The notes under the pieces are model-generated. The model was not told the origin of the DNA. It saw nothing but the letters and a program-made list of their open reading frames with translations, and did no database searches. Below are positions 57,261 to 64,000 of a stretch of 64,000 nucleotides of DNA, one piece after another. Numbering within the stretch: the stretch's first letter is position 1; the number at the start of each line of letters is the position of its first letter. The translations under genes were made by a program, and so were the position numbers. Location of the stretch: positions 25,423-89,422 of IMG/VR virus record IMGVR_UViG_3300025168_000047; one strand, 5' to 3'. This stretch comes from a virus.

Positions 57261-60200
57261 ATGGCAGACAAAATTCCACAAAATATTGATGAATGCTTTT
57301 TATTAGACTTTATGCCCGAGGTTGCAGACTTCCGCGATATCACTAATATTAATAAACAATCAGAACATGTTATTGTTTTAGACGAGCAACATTCTGGAAA
57401 CTCACAACTTTTTCTTAATAAGCTTATAGATCCAGAATACCAGACTCTGATGGATGGGTGTCCCAAAAACTTATTTCAACAACTTTCCCCAATGGTGAAT
57501 CTGTATAAAGTTTTTTATGACCCTGCGGATCCAAAATCAGAATCCGAATCCATAAAGTTTCAGTTTGGCAAGTTTGATCCTCTAAAAACAAGACAAGCTA
57601 TCGAAGAGTTGAGAGGCGAATACGGTGATACTGCTCCTTTATACGGTGGTTTCCGTCCGGGACACTTGGCACCAAGCATTACAGAGGCAAACATTGTTTT
57701 CGATGGGCAAAACCCTGCTGAGGCCAACTCATTTGTCAAAGCTAATTTGAAACTTTATTTTCCATCTGCTGATGCGCTATTCTTTAAAAGAAGTATGGGC
57801 AGTAAACCAATAAGCTTTTCAAACTTAATTGAAAGGCCCTCCGTTCCAAAAGATCCAAATTCACAAATTTCATCAGAGGATAATCATAGAATTTATTCTC
57901 AAGACAATTTTAGAATTAAAATGGAACTCTTTTATTTACCCAAGGATTCGACATTCCTTAAAGATGATAAGCTTTGGGGCTCAAATTTTCCAATGGAAAA
58001 ACGAAGGGCAATCATGGAGTTGATAAGCAACAACCGGTTAACTTTATATTTGAATATTGTGAAACACGAATTTTCTTTTGATCACGATAATGTAAACTTA
58101 CCTTTTTATCTTAATGTTCAATATATCGGAGCGGTAGAGAGCGCTATGAACACTAAAGACGCCGATATCCTGAAAGATCCAGAATACGAAAAAAAGATGA
58201 CTGAACTTAGAAAGACGCCTGAATACCGCGCCTACCAAGCAGCAAAATCGGCTGCCGGACCCTTGGGTATAGCGAGTTTAGTAAATAGCAAGGCCGCCGT
58301 GGATGCGATATCGCACCGCAACACCGCTGCTGGCGGCGTAATTGCTGCAGCAGAAGGCCCTGAATATTTTATCACCCCAGATCGCGTTCGAGACCTTCAA
58401 GCGGCCAAGCTTGAGTTTCAACTTGACACCATCGGTGGCGACATCGATGTGCCCGGAGTCACATGGGGTTCCGCTAGGACTAAAGAGACCCTAGGAGCTA
58501 TTCAAGCTGAAACTACAGCTTGGGCTAAACTTGGTGTAGAATGGGATGTTCGAAAATCTCTAGGGCTCCAAGAATATGCTGCAGCGAAAAGAGCTTATGA
58601 TAGGGTTTTGAAAGAGAACAATATGCTAGAGGAGCAACAACTTAGCCGAGGTTATTCTAGGATTATTAAAGAACTTTATGGAGGCGAAGCAGCTAAGGCC
58701 GCAGCCATGGCTGGAAACAAAGCCGCTCTCAGAACCGGAGTCAAATATGTATACAGCGTGGGTGTTCCGGCAACTCATTTAAAAGATTACTTAGCCCGCC
58801 GAGAGGGTCGAAAACTAGATCAAGAGACTAAAAAAAGTCTCGAAGAATTGGAGAAAACGGGCGATCCCGCCGCCGCAGATAGACTACGCGCAGAAAGAGA
58901 GAATGCTCAAAATGATGTGAGAACGTTTTATAAACAATTTTGGAAAAAACTTGGGCCAATACAAAAAGCAGCCAGAGATGTTGAGATAGTCGAAGGAAGC
59001 GGACGCGGATACGCTCTTTGGGAGAGCGCCAAAGCCGGAGCAACATCGGCTGTCACGGGTGATACCGGCTGGGACGAATTGGCGACCGCCGAATTTTACG
59101 GCGGCGGCTCCACCGACAGTGCAATAGGTATACAAGAAAAATTAAGAAGGATAGCAAGACTACAAGCTGCGGGCAAGAGTCCTGAACAATTGTCAGAGCT
59201 TTTAGAGAGACTAAGCACCAGAGCCGAAGCCCCTCTTAATTCCGGAGAGCAAGTTTATGACATAGATTATTTTTATTTAGGTGATTTAATGGACATAGTT
59301 TTGAGAAATGTTCACGCATCTAATGACAAACATCGTTTGAATCTTTATAGCGACTCCGAATATAGAGGTAAAAAGCCCGACGCCCGAGATTTAAAAGATA
59401 AAACACTTTTTGTATTAGGGAATATAACTTGGAACGATTTTGCTAGTAATGGCTCAAAAACAATTTCTTTAGACAGAGTACCAGTTTCAATGAAACTTTT
59501 TATGGAGTTTTGGACTGAAAAGGTTGTTAAAAGACAGAGAAAGGCTTATCCATTAAACGAATTTATAAAAGATGTCATGACGAACTTGGTTAAAGCAGTG
59601 TTCACTAATAAATGTAGAGTTCAAGGCGAGCCAACGAACAACCTTAGTTGTAAATTAGAACATGTTTCTTTGAATCCAGACATTGCCGGCGACCCCACAA
59701 TTCATGTTACTCCGAGTGAACTACTGGGTGAGGAAATCGAAGAATTATTTGGAGCCGCAAGCTCGAAAAGCTCAGCAGCTAGGATTTCATTAACTCGTCC
59801 AACAAAAACTGAAATTGTTAGAGCAGCAAACCGCGCCGAAAGAAACGCGCCATCTATAGCAAACATAGCTGAGTTAGGATCATCAAACTCTAGGATAAGA
59901 AAAAGGGCACAAAGAAAACGAGCACGGAGAAACCGATGGGAGAAGGGAAGCTTTGATCAACTAAAGACAACAGAGATAATATATATGTACGCTACGAATA
60001 GCAAACCGGATCATTTACAAGGTAACAGGCAAAAAGACGTTGAATCCGGAGTTGTTCATATAGAGGTTGGAAATCCAAACACGCCTTTGAAAGAGGTGGG
60101 CTTTAATAAAAGCGATCAACCTTTTTATTTGGAAGCTAAAGGGGAGACAGCCGGCGTGAAAGATAACTCTATGGAGTTGAGCGAACCATATAATCTCGAC

Positions 60201-60992
60201 ATTACTTTATACGGATTGACCTATGCCCGCCCCGGCCAACATTTTTATTTGAAATTAAAAAACTTTGGTGACCCATCACAGAAACGAGTAAGAGGCCGCA
60301 CTGTAGGTTTTGGTCTTGAATATTCACTTCAAGCTAGCCCTTCTCGAAGGCTCGGTCTCGGTGGATATTACATGATGAACAAAGTTGAACAAAACTTCCG
60401 TGCTGAGGGAGGAAGAACTTACTGGGAAACATTAACTCAAGCTCTATGGACATCTTTTGGAGATCAAAAGGCCGAAAACAACAAGACACTTAATAATACG
60501 CCATCACCAGTTGTAAACCCGGGCGATCAGACCATGACGGGCATATTTGCAACGATGAATTCTGCCACCGCCCGTATCGACGCCAAATTAGCCAATGCAA
60601 ACATTACAGCCGGCGGAGCCCTAACAAGCGGATATATGTCAGAACTACTCCCGCCTGACACCAGACTCCACAGCGGTTACAACCCTGAGGCGGCTAAGGA
60701 TTCCGTCTTAGCTGCACAATCGCCCGTCACCGATCTACGGGGCGGCTTCGGGGTAGGTGAGTACCGTACTATTATTGAAGTGGCTAATGAAGAAGCCGAA
60801 GGAGAAAAAGTCAACCCACTGGCTATGCAAAGTATTGTGACGTTTGGTGACTCTGCCGATACACAAGCCGCCGAAAAGGCTAAAAGACGGCAAGAAAGTA
60901 CAGAGAGATATGAGGAAGAGAGGTCAACCCCAGCCAAGCGAGCAAATATTCAAAGCAGCAATTATACAGCCGGCAAATCAGGACAGTATTAA
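57261..60992 (+). CDS. Putative large baseplate hub protein
   Basis: Follows the LysM-like gene; YFYLGDLMD; C-terminal ITLYG...PGQHFYL...LGLGGYYMMNKVEQ hub-like pattern; ends KSGQY. Confidence 0.5.
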   Translation: MADKIPQNIDECFLLDFMPEVADFRDITNINKQSEHVIVLDEQHSGNSQLFLNKLIDPEYQTLMDGCPKNLFQQLSPMVNLYKVFYDPADPKSESESIKFQFGKFDPLKTRQAIEELRGEYGDTAPLYGGFRPGHLAPSITEANIVFDGQNPAEANSFVKANLKLYFPSADALFFKRSMGSKPISFSNLIERPSVPKDPNSQISSEDNHRIYSQDNFRIKMELFYLPKDSTFLKDDKLWGSNFPMEKRRAIMELISNNRLTLYLNIVKHEFSFDHDNVNLPFYLNVQYIGAVESAMNTKDADILKDPEYEKKMTELRKTPEYRAYQAAKSAAGPLGIASLVNSKAAVDAISHRNTAAGGVIAAAEGPEYFITPDRVRDLQAAKLEFQLDTIGGDIDVPGVTWGSARTKETLGAIQAETTAWAKLGVEWDVRKSLGLQEYAAAKRAYDRVLKENNMLEEQQLSRGYSRIIKELYGGEAAKAAAMAGNKAALRTGVKYVYSVGVPATHLKDYLARREGRKLDQETKKSLEELEKTGDPAAADRLRAERENAQNDVRTFYKQFWKKLGPIQKAARDVEIVEGSGRGYALWESAKAGATSAVTGDTGWDELATAEFYGGGSTDSAIGIQEKLRRIARLQAAGKSPEQLSELLERLSTRAEAPLNSGEQVYDIDYFYLGDLMDIVLRNVHASNDKHRLNLYSDSEYRGKKPDARDLKDKTLFVLGNITWNDFASNGSKTISLDRVPVSMKLFMEFWTEKVVKRQRKAYPLNEFIKDVMTNLVKAVFTNKCRVQGEPTNNLSCKLEHVSLNPDIAGDPTIHVTPSELLGEEIEELFGAASSKSSAARISLTRPTKTEIVRAANRAERNAPSIANIAELGSSNSRIRKRAQRKRARRNRWEKGSFDQLKTTEIIYMYATNSKPDHLQGNRQKDVESGVVHIEVGNPNTPLKEVGFNKSDQPFYLEAKGETAGVKDNSMELSEPYNLDITLYGLTYARPGQHFYLKLKNFGDPSQKRVRGRTVGFGLEYSLQASPSRRLGLGGYYMMNKVEQNFRAEGGRTYWETLTQALWTSFGDQKAENNKTLNNTPSPVVNPGDQTMTGIFATMNSATARIDAKLANANITAGGALTSGYMSELLPPDTRLHSGYNPEAAKDSVLAAQSPVTDLRGGFGVGEYRTIIEVANEEAEGEKVNPLAMQSIVTFGDSADTQAAEKAKRRQESTERYEEERSTPAKRANIQSSNYTAGKSGQY

Positions 60993-60995
60993 ACA

Positions 60996-62342
60996 ATGCC
61001 AGATTCAACAAGTACATATGCCCAGTTTTATTACAAACAATCGAGACAGCAAGCATTTCCAAAGTTTGGCCCACAACCAATGGACTCACATAATGAAAAG
61101 CTTCATTACGGAAAAGTTGATCAATATCAAAATTCTGTTTACATGATCGATCCTTCTAATTTATCTCAAATAGAAGCCGGACAGCCACAGCTTGCATTGG
61201 ACTTTGTTGCCGATGCGTTTGGGGACTTACAAAGGTATTTCTCTAAAGCAGTTTCTTTTAACAGAATACAGAACAGGGGCAAGTTTTATAAAGGTATACG
61301 AGCCTACAGAGGTTGGAAAGATCCAAACGCTCTTTATATTAACTGGTTATCGGCGATTTACGGCGGGTTCGAGGCTTACTTGTTAGCTGGCGAGTCTCCT
61401 AAAAATCAAGAGATCAGGTCTTTTGGTGATTATATGAGGAATTTTATAGATTACGCTTCTGGCATTGCATCAGAATACCCAATAACAAAAACAGGGTGGA
61501 TAAAGTCAACAAACTGCCCAGCAAGTATCAGCGGCCTTATAGTTGATATATCTGCAGACCCTTTTTCTGACGAAAGCGTTATTCAACGATGGCTTCAAGA
61601 TCCAAATTTTAATTTTTATAGAAACGCTGCCTTAAAATATGGTTTTTTGGTTGATAAATCTGCACCATGGAGATTATATGCTAACGTTGCTTCTATAGAA
61701 ATGCAAAATTATTGGAATAAAGTAAAGGAGCCTACGAACGAAGAGATCGAAGCTGCAAGAAAAATTGGATTTACGGATGCACAAATAATACAAGCTTATA
61801 GAAAGGTCTATTCTAAGAAAGGTTTAGTTTATGCTCCCGGGAATTCATCGAACTTATTTGATTTGTACTTTAATAAAAGTCGTAAATATGATATCTTAGA
61901 GTTAATGAATTCTATGGGGTCATTTTATAATCAGTTTGTTGACAGGTATCCTACTGTCACTGTTCTTAAAACCTCTCCTTTAAAATGTGCACCTCCCGGC
62001 ACGGTTGACAAGACTGTGTTTTTTAGATCTAGGGTCGGGACACCAGAAGTCGAAAGAGATTTTGCCCCTATTGCCATACCTTTGTACGCTTTCTTGAGAG
62101 CTAGCGAGGAAAAGGTATTTGGCTATATGGATTCTAAGAAATTCGACAGATTAGTTAAAAAAGCAGACACTTTAGTAAAAAAGGTTGACTTAAACAAAGG
62201 AATGGTGTATATTAATAAAAGTATCAATAGAGTTGCTTCGCAGAGAGCCGCCGAAAATACCAAGTTCTGTCAGAACTATGAAGGCTGCAATACTCGTGCG
62301 ACTGATTTTGTTGATTACACGTATGTAAAAGAACATTCATGA
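60996..62342 (+). CDS. Hypothetical protein
   Basis: 448-aa ORF; LHYGKVD, ALDFVADAF, YGFLVDKSAPWRL; no function recognised. Confidence 0.55.
   Translation: MPDSTSTYAQFYYKQSRQQAFPKFGPQPMDSHNEKLHYGKVDQYQNSVYMIDPSNLSQIEAGQPQLALDFVADAFGDLQRYFSKAVSFNRIQNRGKFYKGIRAYRGWKDPNALYINWLSAIYGGFEAYLLAGESPKNQEIRSFGDYMRNFIDYASGIASEYPITKTGWIKSTNCPASISGLIVDISADPFSDESVIQRWLQDPNFNFYRNAALKYGFLVDKSAPWRLYANVASIEMQNYWNKVKEPTNEEIEAARKIGFTDAQIIQAYRKVYSKKGLVYAPGNSSNLFDLYFNKSRKYDILELMNSMGSFYNQFVDRYPTVTVLKTSPLKCAPPGTVDKTVFFRSRVGTPEVERDFAPIAIPLYAFLRASEEKVFGYMDSKKFDRLVKKADTLVKKVDLNKGMVYINKSINRVASQRAAENTKFCQNYEGCNTRATDFVDYTYVKEHS
62185..62213 (+). promoter_or_regulatory. sigma70-type promoter TTGACT-N17-TATATT upstream of the polymerase
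   Basis: Near-consensus -35/-10 with 17-nt spacer, about 135 nt before TTG 62350. Confidence 0.55.
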
Positions 62343-62349
62343 GGAAAAT

Positions 62350-63537
62350 TTGCTTTTTCAAACTTTAGACGATAAACAGGAATGTGTAGGAGTTTATATC
62401 GATGGTGAAATTTATTATGGAGATGTTCCAGAAGGTCTTACTGGAACTTGGTCTTATGCCCCTTACCTTGATGGACGAGATATTGACTATGCTGGGCTAT
62501 TTTGTGGCGGACTTGATTGCGGACATGTTTGTCCCGAAGCGTTAAAGGATCAGTGGGAAGAAAAGACTGATAAGCTGAAAGCCTTTCTAAGATCTTTTCA
62601 AGAATCAAAAGTAGATCTTCACGAGAACTGTTTTTTTGAATTGGTTCCCTCAAGATTTCTATTAGAATACTGTGAGCTTAAAAACAAGATTACGCAACAC
62701 GTATTAGATAACTATCCAAAACCCAAAAACTATGATTTCATGTTAGGCATAACCAAGTTGGCCAATCAACTTAGAAATCAAAAGGTCAATTTGGATCTTT
62801 CTTCTTTGAACGGTGAGATGTCTAGCTTCCGCACACGACAATGGAAGAAGAAGTTGGCTTCTTTACCTCCTTATATACATTATAATATATACGGGACAAA
62901 AACAGGCCGTCTTACAACAAAGAGAAACAGCTTTCCAATTCTTACTCTCGCAAAAGAGCTTCGAAAAGTGATAAAGCCTCAGAATGATTGGTTTATTGAG
63001 CTTGATTTCAATGCAGCCGAACTTCGAACGCTATTGGCCCTTTCCGGGCAGGAACAGCCAGAGCAAGACATTCACACTTGGAACGCTGAACATGTCTATA
63101 ACGGCCAAGTGACGAGGGATGAGGCTAAGAAGAGGATCTTTGCTTGGTTATACAATCCAATTTCAAAAGACAAGCTCTCTGCCGGCACATATGACCGTGA
63201 TTCTGTGCTTGATAAACACTGGGACGGTGAACAAGTACGTACTTTTTATGATAGAATAATACCTGCGGACAAACACCATGCACTGAACTATATTATTCAG
63301 AGTACGACAAGTGATACTTTCCTCAGAAGAGTTTTAGCCGTCAATAAGCTACTTCAAGAAAAGAGATCTAAAATTGCATTCTGTATTCACGACAGTTTGG
63401 TTTTGGATTTTGCACATGAGGATAGAGAGGAATTACTAAGCATTGTAAAAGAGTTCTCTAAAACTGACTTGGGAACATTCAAAGTTAATGTTCAAGCAGG
63501 CAAAAATTTTGGTGAAATGAAGGAAATGAAGATATGA
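62350..63537 (+). CDS. Short family-A DNA polymerase (polymerase domain only)
   Basis: TKTGRLT, motif A ELDFNAAELR, DIH, motif B RDEAKKRIFAWLY, ALNYIIQS, motif C IHDSLV; TTG start with GAGG RBS. Confidence 0.85.
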   Translation: MLFQTLDDKQECVGVYIDGEIYYGDVPEGLTGTWSYAPYLDGRDIDYAGLFCGGLDCGHVCPEALKDQWEEKTDKLKAFLRSFQESKVDLHENCFFELVPSRFLLEYCELKNKITQHVLDNYPKPKNYDFMLGITKLANQLRNQKVNLDLSSLNGEMSSFRTRQWKKKLASLPPYIHYNIYGTKTGRLTTKRNSFPILTLAKELRKVIKPQNDWFIELDFNAAELRTLLALSGQEQPEQDIHTWNAEHVYNGQVTRDEAKKRIFAWLYNPISKDKLSAGTYDRDSVLDKHWDGEQVRTFYDRIIPADKHHALNYIIQSTTSDTFLRRVLAVNKLLQEKRSKIAFCIHDSLVLDFAHEDREELLSIVKEFSKTDLGTFKVNVQAGKNFGEMKEMKI

Positions 63538-63845
63538 AAGTATATAATAAGTTAATAAGAGACAAGATACCTATGATAATGTCGAAGGAAGGCAAGAAGT
63601 TCAAGACCCATGTGGCGACAGATGAAGAATATAGAAAGAAGTTGAAGATTAAGTTACTTGAAGAGGTTCAAGAGTTCCTAGAAGACCCGTGCATCGAAGA
63701 ATTAGCTGATATAGCTGAGGTCTTTGGTGCTTTGATACCAGCACTAGGATACACTATTGATCAATTAGAGACGGTTGTACGTAAAAAGAAGAAAATTAAA
63801 GGAGCTTTCCGAAAAAAGATAATTTTGGAAACAGTAGGGAAATAA
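63534..63845 (+). CDS. MazG-like / phosphoribosyl-ATP pyrophosphohydrolase-like NTP pyrophosphatase
   Basis: YNKLIRDKIP, KLLEEVQEF...EELADIAEV all-alpha NTP-PPase motif. Confidence 0.8.
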   Translation: MKVYNKLIRDKIPMIMSKEGKKFKTHVATDEEYRKKLKIKLLEEVQEFLEDPCIEELADIAEVFGALIPALGYTIDQLETVVRKKKKIKGAFRKKIILETVGK

Positions 63846-63846
63846 A

Positions 63847-64000
63847 ATGGAAACAATTATCGGATTAGGTCAGGCGGGCTGCAACATTGCAGACGAATTC
63901 AAAAAATATGATGAATATGATGTTTATAAGATAGACGTTGGCCTAGATGCTTATGAAGAGACGCCTTATGGAGACTTTCCAAAAGAGGGTTTGTACAATA
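63847..64000 (+). CDS. Tubulin/FtsZ-family GTPase (PhuZ/TubZ-like), 3'-partial
   Basis: Not in the ORF track; translates METIIGLGQAGCNIADEF...VYKID, matching the tubulin/FtsZ T1 loop GxGxxGxN. Confidence 0.7.
   Translation, partial: METIIGLGQAGCNIADEFKKYDEYDVYKIDVGLDAYEETPYGDFPKEGLYN

Noticed and set aside
1-64000. Alternative genetic code (stop-codon reassignment seen in some huge phages)
   Set aside because: Genes are full length and tightly packed under code 11, and TAA, TAG and TGA all end genes directly before the next start.

Overview
Structural and morphogenesis core of a large T4-like (contractile-tailed) bacteriophage, probably an uncultured jumbo or huge phage. All credible genes are on the + strand and read in the standard bacterial code. 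Gene order: very large baseplate/virion proteins (1-19 kb); RuvC-like resolvase, primase and a fused Mre11-Rad50 nuclease (19-23.7 kb); holin/spanin-like membrane genes; two S74-chaperone fibre genes; terminase, portal, prohead protease, ribosomal protein bS21, scaffold, gp23-like major capsid; neck, sheath, tube, tail chaperone, tape measure and baseplate genes; a short family-A DNA polymerase, a MazG-like pyrophosphatase and the start of a tubulin/FtsZ-like gene cut by the window edge. Main signals beyond the gene list: (1) a [S/T]-[G/A/S]-S tripeptide concentrated in a subset of virion proteins (candidate modification sequon); (2) a shared C-terminal G-x-Y tag on four very large proteins; (3) a candidate late promoter ACTANTTA on the sense strand, contrasting with sigma70-type promoters on DNA-metabolism genes; (4) two structured 5' leaders, one with an anti-Shine-Dalgarno switch; (5) a U7 slippery site needing a +1/-2 shift in the tail chaperone; (6) an unannotated 22-aa Cys-Cys peptide gene. 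All product calls come from motifs and synteny read by eye; no database searches were run.
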